DNA of 64,000 nucleotides from an uncultured Bacilli bacterium (GTDB lineage Bacteria; Bacillota_I; Bacilli_A; RF39; UBA660): NCBI GenBank assembly GCA_944331955.1, contig CALVIY010000003.1, positions 4,412 to 68,411 of the forward strand, read 5' to 3'. Shown piece by piece: positions 9,908 to 19,434 of this stretch (position 1 is its first letter; each line of letters starts with the position of its first letter). The notes under the pieces were generated by a model. It saw only the letters and a program-made list of their open reading frames with translations, ran no database searches and was not told where the DNA came from. The position numbers and the translations under genes were made by a program.

Positions 9908-9977
9908 TATTTACTAAAATAATTTACTGTGATACAATAAAGATGTATTAAATGAAAGAGATTTCATATAATATTAA
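9908..9977 (+). repeat. copy 2 of the duplicated promoter/leader module
   Basis: TTTACT (9910-15), 17-nt spacer, TACAAT (9933-38), and the same leader hairpin as copy 1. Confidence 0.85.
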
Positions 9978-9979
9978 TG

Positions 9980-10053
9980 GGTTTTACCATTCCTATAAAA
10001 AATGGACGTATAAAGCGGTTTAACCATTCCAGTAAAAAATGGTTTAGTAAAGA
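9980..10053 (+). ncRNA. toxI: ToxI/antiQ-like antitoxin RNA: ~2 (plus a partial third) tandem 37-nt repeats
   Basis: GGTTTtACCATTCCtaTAAAAAATGG... and GGTTTaACCATTCCagTAAAAAATGG... with period 37. Each unit has a CCATT/AATGG hairpin and an A-rich AAAAAAU tract. Confidence 0.75.
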
Positions 10054-10188
10054 GGTGGCATTAGTCATCTCTTTTATTAATTATATTGCCAAATATCTAA
10101 TACGTTGTTAAAATATAATTGCGATAAGAGTTCTTAGCTAAAAGCTGAAAGCTGTGGTGTTCATAAAAAACTTATATGGGAGGAAAAA

Positions 10189-10743
10189 TTGAATAATGAA
10201 CATCTGTCATGGTATGTGCTTTCTAAGAAATACGTTGAATATTTACAACGGTATGATAGTCTTGTTCAAAATATAGACTATGGTGATAATGAAATTAAAC
10301 CATATATAGGAATTGTATTACAAATAAATAATTTTAACTATTATGTGCCTATTTCATCTGCAAAAGAAAAGCATTATAAAATGAAAGAAGGAAAAGATTT
10401 TATTATAATAAAAGAACATTCTAAAATATTAGGCGTTTTAAATTTAAATAATATGATTCCAGTTTTATTAAGTGAGGCAAGTGCTTTAAAATATAATAGT
10501 ATAAATAATTATAGAAAGTTCAAAGATAAAAAAGAACGATATGAATATATTAGTTTGCTAGATAAAGAAATGAAAATAATAAATGCTAGAAGAAAAGAAA
10601 TATGTACAAAAGCAAGAAAGCTATATGATGAGAAAAATAATAACCCTAATTCAAGACTCAGTAAAAGGTGTTGCAATTTTAAATTGTTAGAAGAAAAAAG
10701 TATAAAATACTTAAAAACAAAAAATTGCCAAGTAAAAAATTGA
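10189..10743 (+). CDS. toxN: ToxN/AbiQ-family type III toxin endoribonuclease
   Basis: TTG start 6 nt after GGGAGG. Matches remembered ToxN/AbiQ sequences at YIGIVLQINNFNYYVPISSAKEKH, LGVLNLNNMIPV and CNFKLLEEK. Confidence 0.85.
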   Translation: MNNEHLSWYVLSKKYVEYLQRYDSLVQNIDYGDNEIKPYIGIVLQINNFNYYVPISSAKEKHYKMKEGKDFIIIKEHSKILGVLNLNNMIPVLLSEASALKYNSINNYRKFKDKKERYEYISLLDKEMKIINARRKEICTKARKLYDEKNNNPNSRLSKRCCNFKLLEEKSIKYLKTKNCQVKN

Positions 10744-10759
10744 CTTCTATTACATAATA

Positions 10760-10810
10760 AACATTTGAAAATGTTTTAGAAAATTCTAGTAGTTTATAGA
10801 ATTTTCTTTA
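10760..10810 (+). terminator. double hairpin terminator after toxN
   Basis: AAACATT/AATGTTT hairpin followed by AGAAAATTCTA/TAGAATTTTCT. The second stem is homologous to the 9277-9306 terminator. The T-tract is weak. Confidence 0.55.
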
Positions 10811-10848
10811 TCGTTGTGTTAAACTAATAGACGTGTTGGGAAGGAGGA

Positions 10849-12588
10849 ATGTTCATGAACAATCAAGATATTATTAATGAAGTCAGAAAAAAGAATGATA
10901 TTGTTGATGTAATCAGTGAGAAGATTCCTCTTGAGAAACGAGGTAAAAACTACTTTGGAGTATGTCCTTTTCATGATGATACTAATCCTTCTATGAGTGT
11001 TTCTCGTGAAAAACAAATTTATACTTGCTTTTCTTGTCATGCGACAGGGAATGTATTTACATTTTTAATGAACTATGAACATAAAGACTTTAACCAAGTC
11101 TTAGTTGATCTTGCTAATAGAGTTGGTATAACTTTAAATAATATCAAAGTAAAAAAAGCATCCACTAAATATGATGAATGGTATAAAATATATGAGCTTG
11201 CCAATAAATATTATCAAAATAATCTTCTTAGTAAAGAAGGAGAAAGTGCAAGAGAATATTTAAAAAATAGAAGTATTGATGAAGAGACTATAAAAGAGTT
11301 TGAAATCGGTTATTCCTTAAAAAATAGAGATGATCTTACTAAATTACTAACTGCTAAAGGGCATACCTTAGATTTACTTAATAAAGTAGGGCTTAGTAAT
11401 GAAGACCATGACATTTATTATTCAAGATTAATGTTTCCTCTACATGATTTAAATGGAAATGTAATAGGTTTTAGTGGTCGAATAATAACAAGCGGAAAAC
11501 AAAATAAATACCTTAATACCAAAGAGACAGAACTATTTAAAAAAGGAAAGCTTTTATACCATTATCATATTGCTAAAGAGGAAGCTAGAGTTAAAAAGTC
11601 AGTTATAATTATGGAAGGGTTTATGGATATTATAAGAGCAAGTACTGTTGGTGTTAAAAATACCGTTGCAACTATGGGTACAGCTTTAACCCATGACCAT
11701 ATTAAAGAAATAAGACGACTTTCTAATAATGTTATTTTATGTTTTGATGGTGATGAAGCAGGAGTTAAAGCAACACTTACTGCCGGAGAATTATTTGCAA
11801 GTGAAAATATGGAAGTTAAAGTAATTTCCCTACCAGGAGAAGATGATCCAGATACATATATCCTAAAAAACGGAAAAGATGCTTTTCTTTCCTTAATAAA
11901 TAATGCAATTTACTATAGTGACTTTAAAATCAAAAGCTTAAGTCGTAACCGTAATTTCTCTAGTAGTGAAGAAAAAGCCAATTATATTCATGAAGTTTTA
12001 CAAGAAGCATCTAAAATAGATGATCCTATTAGAACAGAAATTATACTAAAAGACCTTGCAAAAAAGTTTGAAATAGGGTATAATACCCTAGAAAAAAGTT
12101 TTAAGGAGTTAGCTAGCAACAAGAAAGAAAAAAAACAAGTTATAGATGCTCCTAAAACTATACAACCTAAGAATAAAGATAAGTATCAAAAGGCGAGTTT
12201 AAGTATTATATATTACATGTTAAATAAACAAGAGATAATTGATGTGGTAGAGAAATCACACCTAGTGCTACCTACCGAAGCTTTAAGAGCGTTAGAAAGT
12301 GAAATTGTTTATTTTTATCATAAGTATGGGTTTATTAATGAAGCGGACTTTTATACTTACCTAACACCTAAAGGGGAGTTACTTAATCTATTGAGTGAAG
12401 TACTAGCAATGGATTTAAAGACAACACTTACTAAAGAAGAACTTGATGATTATATTAAAGTTATAAGAGAATATAACTTAAAGAAAACAATTAGTAATTT
12501 AGAAAGTAAAATACAAAATGAAACAGATCCAATAATGCAAGTAAAATATGCTGAAGAGATTAGAAAACTAAGAATAGGGGAGAGTTAA
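10849..12588 (+). CDS. dnaG: DNA primase
   Basis: CHC2 zinc finger (CPFHDDTNPSMSV...CFSCHATGN), TOPRIM (MEGFMD, CFDGDEAG). Followed by sigA. The likely start is the ATG at 10855, 7 nt after GGAGG. Confidence 0.95.
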   Translation: MFMNNQDIINEVRKKNDIVDVISEKIPLEKRGKNYFGVCPFHDDTNPSMSVSREKQIYTCFSCHATGNVFTFLMNYEHKDFNQVLVDLANRVGITLNNIKVKKASTKYDEWYKIYELANKYYQNNLLSKEGESAREYLKNRSIDEETIKEFEIGYSLKNRDDLTKLLTAKGHTLDLLNKVGLSNEDHDIYYSRLMFPLHDLNGNVIGFSGRIITSGKQNKYLNTKETELFKKGKLLYHYHIAKEEARVKKSVIIMEGFMDIIRASTVGVKNTVATMGTALTHDHIKEIRRLSNNVILCFDGDEAGVKATLTAGELFASENMEVKVISLPGEDDPDTYILKNGKDAFLSLINNAIYYSDFKIKSLSRNRNFSSSEEKANYIHEVLQEASKIDDPIRTEIILKDLAKKFEIGYNTLEKSFKELASNKKEKKQVIDAPKTIQPKNKDKYQKASLSIIYYMLNKQEIIDVVEKSHLVLPTEALRALESEIVYFYHKYGFINEADFYTYLTPKGELLNLLSEVLAMDLKTTLTKEELDDYIKVIREYNLKKTISNLESKIQNETDPIMQVKYAEEIRKLRIGES

Positions 12589-12591
12589 AAA

Positions 12592-13683
12592 ATGGTAGAA
12601 GAAATTAAAACAATGGAACAAAGAAAAGAAAGACTTATTAAACTTGGTAAAGAACAAGGTTATGTTACTTATGAACAACTTGCCAATGAATTAAAAGGTC
12701 TTGAAGTAGATAGTGATAGTCTAGATGATTTATATAATAGTTTAGTTGCTGAAGGTATTAATATAGTATCAGAAGATGGATCTGATGATGTAAGTGGAGA
12801 AGAGATTACTGAACATACAAAAACAGAAGATTTAACTATGTCTAAAGACATTAAAATAAATGATCCAGTTAGAATGTATTTAAAAGAAATAGGTAGAATT
12901 CCACTTTTAACTAGCGATGAAGAGTTTGAATATGCAGAACGTGCAGTCGATGGAGATGAAGAAGCGAAAAGAATACTTGCTGAATCTAATCTTCGTTTAG
13001 TTGTTTCTATCGCTAAACGTTATGTAGGTAGAGGAATGCTTTTCCTTGATTTAATTCAAGAAGGAAATATCGGATTAATGAAGGCCGTTGAAAAGTTTGA
13101 TCCAACTAAAGGATATAAATTCTCTACATATGCTACATGGTGGATTAGACAAGCTATAACAAGAGCGATAGCAGATCAAGCAAGAACTATTAGAGTACCT
13201 GTTCATATGGTAGAAACAATTAATAAACTAGCAAGAATTCAAAGACAACTTACCCAAGAGTTAAATAGAGAACCAACAGATGATGAGATTGCTGAAAAAT
13301 TAGAAATGCCTGTAGAAAAGGTACGTGAAGTATATAAAATTAGTCAAGATCCCGTTGCCCTTGAAACACCTATTGGAGAAGAGGATGATTCTCATTTAGG
13401 AGACTTTATTAAAGATGATAGAATGATTGGACCAGAAGAATATACAACAGAGGAAATGTTAAAAGAAGAATTAACTAGTGTTCTTGCAACTTTAACAGAT
13501 AGAGAAGCGAAAGTATTAAGACTTAGATTTGGTCTTGATGATGGACAGTGTAGAACTCTAGAAGAAGTAGGACAAATTTTTGGAGTAACAAGAGAGCGTA
13601 TAAGACAAATTGAAGCGAAAGCTTTAAGAAAGTTAAGACATCCATCTAGATCTCGTAAGTTAAAGGATTTCTTAACAGACTAA
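12592..13683 (+). CDS. sigA: RNA polymerase primary sigma factor
   Basis: Regions 1.2 to 4 are recognisable ([60 protein letters not shown]). Confidence 0.97.
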   Translation: MVEEIKTMEQRKERLIKLGKEQGYVTYEQLANELKGLEVDSDSLDDLYNSLVAEGINIVSEDGSDDVSGEEITEHTKTEDLTMSKDIKINDPVRMYLKEIGRIPLLTSDEEFEYAERAVDGDEEAKRILAESNLRLVVSIAKRYVGRGMLFLDLIQEGNIGLMKAVEKFDPTKGYKFSTYATWWIRQAITRAIADQARTIRVPVHMVETINKLARIQRQLTQELNREPTDDEIAEKLEMPVEKVREVYKISQDPVALETPIGEEDDSHLGDFIKDDRMIGPEEYTTEEMLKEELTSVLATLTDREAKVLRLRFGLDDGQCRTLEEVGQIFGVTRERIRQIEAKALRKLRHPSRSRKLKDFLTD

Positions 13684-14363
13684 TGAAAATAAATAAAAGA
13701 TTAAAAACAATAGGGGACTTAGTTCCCCTTTCAACGTACCCCTTAGATATTGGATGTGATCATGCTCTTTTGTCTATATATTTAGTTAAAGAAAAAGGTC
13801 TTAATAAAGTCGTTGCAAGCGATAATAAAAGTGGTCCTTTAAAAAAAGCTAAAGAAAACGTTGATTTCTATAAAGTAAAAGATAAAGTAGAACTAATTAA
13901 AAGAGAAGGACTAGACTCCTATAAAGAAGGAATTGATACAATAACTATATCTGGTATGGGTGGACTTAATATTAATAAAATAATTGATAATAATAAAAAA
14001 TACTTAAAAAATATTAATACATTAATACTATCTCCTAATAATTATTCTCTTGCCGTTAAAAGAAAACTAGTAAAATATGGCTATTATATAGAATTTGAAG
14101 ACTTAGTTAAAGAAAATAATATTATATATGAAATAATTGTCTTTAAGAAGGGAAGAAAATACTACTCTTATAAGAAATTATTTTTAGGACCAGTTTTAAG
14201 TTTAAAAAATGATAGTCTTACACATGAATATTATCAAAATCTTTTAAATAGTAAAGAATCTTTACTTAAAGCTTTACCTAAAACATTTAAAAGTAAAATA
14301 AGATTAACAAAAAAAGAAATTAAATATTTAAAAGACATATTAAATAAGAGTGCTATTAATTAG
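13683..14363 (+). CDS. trmK: tRNA (adenine22-N1)-methyltransferase
   Basis: YqfN/TrmK-like (DIGCDHALLS, ISGMGG). Conserved position after sigA. Confidence 0.8.
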   Translation: MKINKRLKTIGDLVPLSTYPLDIGCDHALLSIYLVKEKGLNKVVASDNKSGPLKKAKENVDFYKVKDKVELIKREGLDSYKEGIDTITISGMGGLNINKIIDNNKKYLKNINTLILSPNNYSLAVKRKLVKYGYYIEFEDLVKENNIIYEIIVFKKGRKYYSYKKLFLGPVLSLKNDSLTHEYYQNLLNSKESLLKALPKTFKSKIRLTKKEIKYLKDILNKSAIN

Positions 14364-15363
14364 CACTCTTATCTCCATCTTCTAGCATAGTTGTTATAAA
14401 AATACCATACCCTTTTTTAGTGTCATTTACAATAACATGAGTAACCGCTCCAACTATTTTATTATTCTGAATAATAGGAGAACCACTCATACCTTGTATA
14501 ACACCACCGGTTTTATTAAGTAATTCTTGGTCGGTTATTTCAAACAGAATGTTTTTAATATCAGTATCTTTATTAATATTTAAAATGTTTATAGTATAAT
14601 CTTTTACATCATTACCATTTAAAACAGTTCTAATACTTGCTTCACCAGTCTTAACATCATCCTTTGTTCCTACCTCTAAAGCATCATCTTCTAGTATTTC
14701 ACTAGTATATTTACCGAAAATACCAGATTCTTCATTGGCATCTATTTCACCATAAGTTATGTTTTCATCATAAATAGCATTTTTCTCACCTGGAGAACCA
14801 CTTTCACTTTTAATATTATCTGTTACTGTGGCATTAAAGATTTTACCATCCTTTATTTCAAACCTTTCTCCTGTAGTCCTTTCTGTAATCTCATGACCTA
14901 AAGCACCGAATATAGTAGTTTTAGGATCGATATAAGTTAAGGTTCCAACACCTGTTATTTCATCTTTTACATAAATACCTGTTTTACAAACATTACTACT
15001 ATCACAAACCATATTTAATGTTAAAGAAGAAGACTTACCATCTCTAATAATAGTTACATCTAACTTATTATCCTTACTTGCTTCATCATTAACTGCATTA
15101 ACCATCTCTTCAATATTACTTACTTTAGTATTATTTATTTCTGTAATAACATCACCAATTTCAAAACCAGCATCCTTTCCAATATATTTACTATCTACTT
15201 CATAAAAGCCAACTACTAAAATACCTTTAGAATTAACTTCTATACCAATGGTTTCTCCACCTGGGATAATATACTTGGAATAAGCATAAATATTTTGGGG
15301 CATAATAAAGAGTATAAGAAGAGGAACAATTATTTGTAGCTTTAATTTTTTTAAAAAATTCAT
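14356..15363 (-). CDS. spoIVB: SpoIVB peptidase (S55) with signal peptide and PDZ
   Basis: Has a signal/TM segment, a PDZ-like region (GFEIGDVITEINN), and the S55 C-terminus GHEITE...QGMSGSPII. Confidence 0.85.
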   Translation of the reverse strand: MNFLKKLKLQIIVPLLILFIMPQNIYAYSKYIIPGGETIGIEVNSKGILVVGFYEVDSKYIGKDAGFEIGDVITEINNTKVSNIEEMVNAVNDEASKDNKLDVTIIRDGKSSSLTLNMVCDSSNVCKTGIYVKDEITGVGTLTYIDPKTTIFGALGHEITERTTGERFEIKDGKIFNATVTDNIKSESGSPGEKNAIYDENITYGEIDANEESGIFGKYTSEILEDDALEVGTKDDVKTGEASIRTVLNGNDVKDYTINILNINKDTDIKNILFEITDQELLNKTGGVIQGMSGSPIIQNNKIVGAVTHVIVNDTKKGYGIFITTMLEDGDKSAN

Positions 15364-15485
15364 CTAGATCAACTCCTTAGTAAGCTACAATAATAGTATT
15401 GGTAGTTTTTTTTAAAAAAGACGTGTTAAATCTTACCAAAATTAAAAAAGTATGGTATAATATAGAACTTACAAGGGGGAATACT

Positions 15486-15788
15486 ATGAAAGTATGGAAA
15501 AATGCTAGATTTTTAAAAAAAGATAAAAATATAGAATTAATTACAAGAAGTTATATTAATTATATATATAAATATGGTCCAATCAATGATATTATTAGAA
15601 AATATAATATAAATCCAAGCGATGTATACAAACTTAATCAGTATACTGCTAATAGAATAGCAGGTTTAATATTACTATATCTTGCTAAAGATAAAAAACG
15701 TCTTAATGATATCGTTTTAAAGTATGATACAAGTGATTTATTAGTTAGTGATATTACACCAGAAATTGAAGGATATATAGAAAGGTAA
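15486..15788 (+). CDS. hypothetical protein (100 aa)
   Basis: The ATG at 15486 follows AAGGGGG. TGgTATAAT extended -10 at ~15449-15457. The ORF-track N-terminal extension from 15399 is unlikely. Confidence 0.55.
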   Translation: MKVWKNARFLKKDKNIELITRSYINYIYKYGPINDIIRKYNINPSDVYKLNQYTANRIAGLILLYLAKDKKRLNDIVLKYDTSDLLVSDITPEIEGYIER

Positions 15789-15797
15789 GGGGAGTTT

Positions 15798-15905
15798 ATG
15801 GAAGCGAAAAGAGTAAAATCTAATTATAATAAAAAGAAAACTATTAAAAAGGCAAGTTATCTTGTTAACAGTAAAAGAGTAAATACAACTAAATTATTCA
15901 AGTAG
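15798..15905 (+). CDS. small basic protein (35 aa), below ORF-track cut-off
   Basis: AAGGGGAG SD 6 nt upstream. MEAKRVKSNYNKKKTIKKASYLVNSKRVNTTKLFK. Tightly packed between two same-strand ORFs. Confidence 0.45.
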   Translation: MEAKRVKSNYNKKKTIKKASYLVNSKRVNTTKLFK

Positions 15906-15913
15906 GTGTTACT

Positions 15914-16924
15914 ATGTATTCTAAAGAATTAATATATAATTATATTATAGGTAATGATATAGATAATATAGAAGATCTAGAAAATGATAATAACTTTCTT
16001 TTTGAAGTTTTAAAAAAGTCTAAAGATATAACTTATTATAACTATTTAGATATTGCTTTTAGAAGAAATCTAACAGTTATTAAATATATGTTTCTTAATT
16101 TTAAAGATAGTTTTGAAATATATAAAAATGATGTTGATTATCTATTACAAACTTTAGACAAAGAAAGTAGTGAATATCTAGAACTTATTATTTTAGTATC
16201 TAATATAAGTGATAATTATAAAATGATAAGAGAAGCACTTTATAGTATTGATAAAATAGAAATTGGCGCTGTTCAAAATAGTAGTAAAGAAACTGAAGAA
16301 GAAATTGGACTTGGTTTCGCTGTAATCCAATCTAAATATGAAGATAGTAATATTATATTAGATTATTATGCTAAGAATTTTCTTTATGAAATATTTTATA
16401 AAGATAAAAATATTGAAGAAATAATTCATAAAAATATAAAAAATAAAGATAAACTAAATAGAGTAGGGAATACTAAATATTTATTAGATTATATTGAGAG
16501 TCTAGATTCTTATTTAAAAGATTATTTAGAGAGTCATTTATACCTTTTAGATAAAGTATTTAAAGATTTGGATTTAATTAAAATAAATTGGGATAATTAT
16601 CTAAATAGAATCAATAGTAGAAAAGTAAATATTGTCTATCAAGAAGTAAATCGTTTTATCGAAGAAGAGTGTGGAAGATTTTACTTTGAACCATTTAGTG
16701 TTATAGATAGAATAGTTGTAAATAATCACTTAGAAGAAATATTTGGTTTAGATGAGGAAGTAGTTTTAAACATATCATTAAAAGAAGATGAATATTTAAA
16801 AGAAAAATTTACATATGATATGACTAAACTAATTAAAGAATTATTTAAAGATGATATAATTACAAATGATAATAGTGATTATGATATAAGTGAAGGAAAA
16901 ATTATAGAATATAAAAAGAAATAG
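15914..16924 (+). CDS. hypothetical protein (336 aa)
   Basis: Long ORF, third gene of an apparent three-gene operon. No motif recognised. Confidence 0.55.
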   Translation: MYSKELIYNYIIGNDIDNIEDLENDNNFLFEVLKKSKDITYYNYLDIAFRRNLTVIKYMFLNFKDSFEIYKNDVDYLLQTLDKESSEYLELIILVSNISDNYKMIREALYSIDKIEIGAVQNSSKETEEEIGLGFAVIQSKYEDSNIILDYYAKNFLYEIFYKDKNIEEIIHKNIKNKDKLNRVGNTKYLLDYIESLDSYLKDYLESHLYLLDKVFKDLDLIKINWDNYLNRINSRKVNIVYQEVNRFIEEECGRFYFEPFSVIDRIVVNNHLEEIFGLDEEVVLNISLKEDEYLKEKFTYDMTKLIKELFKDDIITNDNSDYDISEGKIIEYKKK

Positions 16925-16943
16925 GCACTTAAATGTCTATTTT

Positions 16944-17036
16944 TTATATTACATAAAAGAATATTACGCTTATTACGGAAGCTAGTATTGCTACTAACAT
17001 AATGGCAGATACTATCTTTACTATTTTTTGATTCAT
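16944..17036 (-). CDS. small hydrophobic peptide (30 aa), below ORF-track cut-off
   Basis: GAGGTG SD 6 nt upstream. MNQKIVKIVSAIMLVAILASVISVIFFYVI, a single TM segment. Confidence 0.4.
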   Translation of the reverse strand: MNQKIVKIVSAIMLVAILASVISVIFFYVI

Positions 17037-17138
17037 TAATTTCACCTCAGTCTAATTATATATAAAAAGTCAATATTTGTAAAATGAAATTAGGTAAATA
17101 ATTATGATTTAAGAATAATATTTACTAGGGTGAAAGAT

Positions 17139-17768
17139 ATGGATTTAAAATTAAAAAAAGTAAAGACTAAAGTAACTAATAAATTAGAAGAGCAGAAAAA
17201 AATATATATATTTCTTATAATAGTAATGACTATAGGACTATTACTAGGTATTATTTATGCTGTTATTTTAAATAAAGGTGATCATGTTCTTGTAACTAAT
17301 AGTTTAGATAGTTTCTTTACTAGTATTAAGAATAATGATATAGATTATAAAAGTGCTTTAATCAATAGCTTAATTGGTAATATTTCTTTTGTAACATTTA
17401 TCTTTTTACTAGGTATATCTATTATAGGAATACCTATAATTATCTTTAGTTTAGCATCTACTTCCTTTATATTTGGTTTTTCTTTATCTTCTATTATCTA
17501 TACATATCATTTTAATGGTATTTTAAAGGCTTTTTTCTACCTTTTTCCTCATCAATTGATTACTTTATTAATGAGCTTATTTTTAGGCTTCTATGCCCTT
17601 TATTTTGGCATTAAACTATTTAAATATTTATTTAAAGGAGTAGATATTAATCTAAGAAGTTCTATGAAAAGATATCTACAAGTATATATAACAGTATTAT
17701 TAATATTTATAGGTTGTAGTTTTATAGAAGTATTCTTATCTCCTGCTTTAATTAAGTTAGTTGTTTAA
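17139..17768 (+). CDS. spoIIM: stage II sporulation protein M-like membrane protein
   Basis: ~210 aa with multiple TM segments and a SpoIIM/DUF95-like layout. AGGGTG SD precedes the ATG at 17139. Confidence 0.6.
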   Translation: MDLKLKKVKTKVTNKLEEQKKIYIFLIIVMTIGLLLGIIYAVILNKGDHVLVTNSLDSFFTSIKNNDIDYKSALINSLIGNISFVTFIFLLGISIIGIPIIIFSLASTSFIFGFSLSSIIYTYHFNGILKAFFYLFPHQLITLLMSLFLGFYALYFGIKLFKYLFKGVDINLRSSMKRYLQVYITVLLIFIGCSFIEVFLSPALIKLVV

Positions 17769-19418
17769 CTTTTTATTTAAAGTTTTTTCATCTTTTTGAT
17801 TGAAATAATAATAAATATTATCAGGCATATAACTATTATAGAAATCTTCTTCTAAATCTTCAATTATATCGGTTTTAAAAGAGTTATCTGGATAAAAAAT
17901 ATCAAAATTATATGAATCTATCTCTAAATTATCATCAAAAGATATATCAATATCTTCAAGAAACTCATAAGTATTACTCCTAGCTTCCCCATAGGATATT
18001 CCATTACTAATTTGATTTTTAATTAATTTATCACTAATAGGTTCAATATTATTTTCTCCAAAAGACTTTAAAATAATATCTTTAGAGGTAAGTTCTATAG
18101 CTAATTTAGTGATAGCGACATTTTTACAGTAACTTGTATTATAATAATTATGATTATCATAAAAATATTCATGAGTAATAATCTCTGCTAGTCCTTCTGA
18201 TAAAGATCTTGGCATATTATAACCACCAAGAATAGCATGAGTAGCCTCATGAGCTTTTACTAAATAATCACATTCAGATACATAAATTATTTTATTAAAA
18301 AAAGGTAAGTAGCAAGCTAGAGTATCATTAAATAGTTTTAATACTGAAAAATTATCTATTTCATCTTCTCTAATAAAGTCAAGAGCAGATAATCTATTAT
18401 AAACATCTTTCTTATTTAAATAGGGGTTATCATTAAAAAAGTCTAAAAAGTTATAATAAATCTCTTTTTCTTCTTTAGTCATTTCTTGATTAATAGCAAT
18501 AGAGTTAAGTAATAAATAGTTATCTATTTCTTCTTTAGTATCTACATTACTAACATTAAATTTCTCATCATCACTTACTTTTCTTATTTCTTTTTCTATA
18601 TTATTTAATAATGTAGAAAGTTCTTCATCACTTAAACTATTAGGATTACTATAATATTTTAATATTTTAGTAGTATTAACAATATTTTCTAAACTTCCAT
18701 ATTCACTTTTTAAGGATGCAAAAGATAAAGAAATAGCAGGTACTAAAGTTAATAAAAGTTTACGAAAATGTTTTCTTAAAAAACTATTACTAAAAGCCTC
18801 AATATTCTCTTCAAACATATTATTATATTTACTTGCTTTTAAATTCTTCCTTTTTGTAATATATTTTTCTAAGTTTCTAATATCTTTGCTAGTAATAGAA
18901 GATATTTCTAAATCTTTTTCGCTTTCATTTAGTATATATATAGTTTTATCTTTAATATAACAATCATTCATTTCTTTTTGATAACTAATCCTTTCTTGTA
19001 ATAATTTTAACTTATTATTAACATCAAAAAAATATATATTTACTTTACTTTCATCAAAACTGCTATTATCAATTTGAATAAAGGCATTTTTTAAATCATC
19101 TACTGTCACTTCAATACCATAAGATTTTAATTTACTAACATAGATATAAAGATCTTCTTCAAGTTCTTTTTTCTTTCTATAATCCATCTTCTTAACGGGA
19201 ATATTACCAAATGTATGAGTAAAAATATTACCTACTAGTAATGATATTGGATAAAATATTAAAGATAACTTGCCTAAAATTGCTATATTCAAAAAAGTAA
19301 TTGTATTAGCACCTAAAGATAATAAATAAGATTTATTATCACAAGAACTAACAAAGTCTGGTTTAATTTTTATATCTTTAATAACATCAGCAAAGTTTTC
19401 ATCACTAAACTCTCTCAT
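17757..19418 (-). CDS. membrane-anchored MA-clan zinc metallopeptidase-like protein
   Basis: The start at 19418 (GGAGAA SD) removes the overlap implied by the ORF track. There are N-terminal TM segments. HEATHAILGG...SLSEGLAEI matches the HExxH...EGxAE Peptidase_MA_2-type signature. Confidence 0.6.
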   Translation of the reverse strand: MREFSDENFADVIKDIKIKPDFVSSCDNKSYLLSLGANTITFLNIAILGKLSLIFYPISLLVGNIFTHTFGNIPVKKMDYRKKKELEEDLYIYVSKLKSYGIEVTVDDLKNAFIQIDNSSFDESKVNIYFFDVNNKLKLLQERISYQKEMNDCYIKDKTIYILNESEKDLEISSITSKDIRNLEKYITKRKNLKASKYNNMFEENIEAFSNSFLRKHFRKLLLTLVPAISLSFASLKSEYGSLENIVNTTKILKYYSNPNSLSDEELSTLLNNIEKEIRKVSDDEKFNVSNVDTKEEIDNYLLLNSIAINQEMTKEEKEIYYNFLDFFNDNPYLNKKDVYNRLSALDFIREDEIDNFSVLKLFNDTLACYLPFFNKIIYVSECDYLVKAHEATHAILGGYNMPRSLSEGLAEIITHEYFYDNHNYYNTSYCKNVAITKLAIELTSKDIILKSFGENNIEPISDKLIKNQISNGISYGEARSNTYEFLEDIDISFDDNLEIDSYNFDIFYPDNSFKTDIIEDLEEDFYNSYMPDNIYYYFNQKDEKTLNKKLNN

Positions 19419-19434
19419 AGTAATTTCTCCAAAA

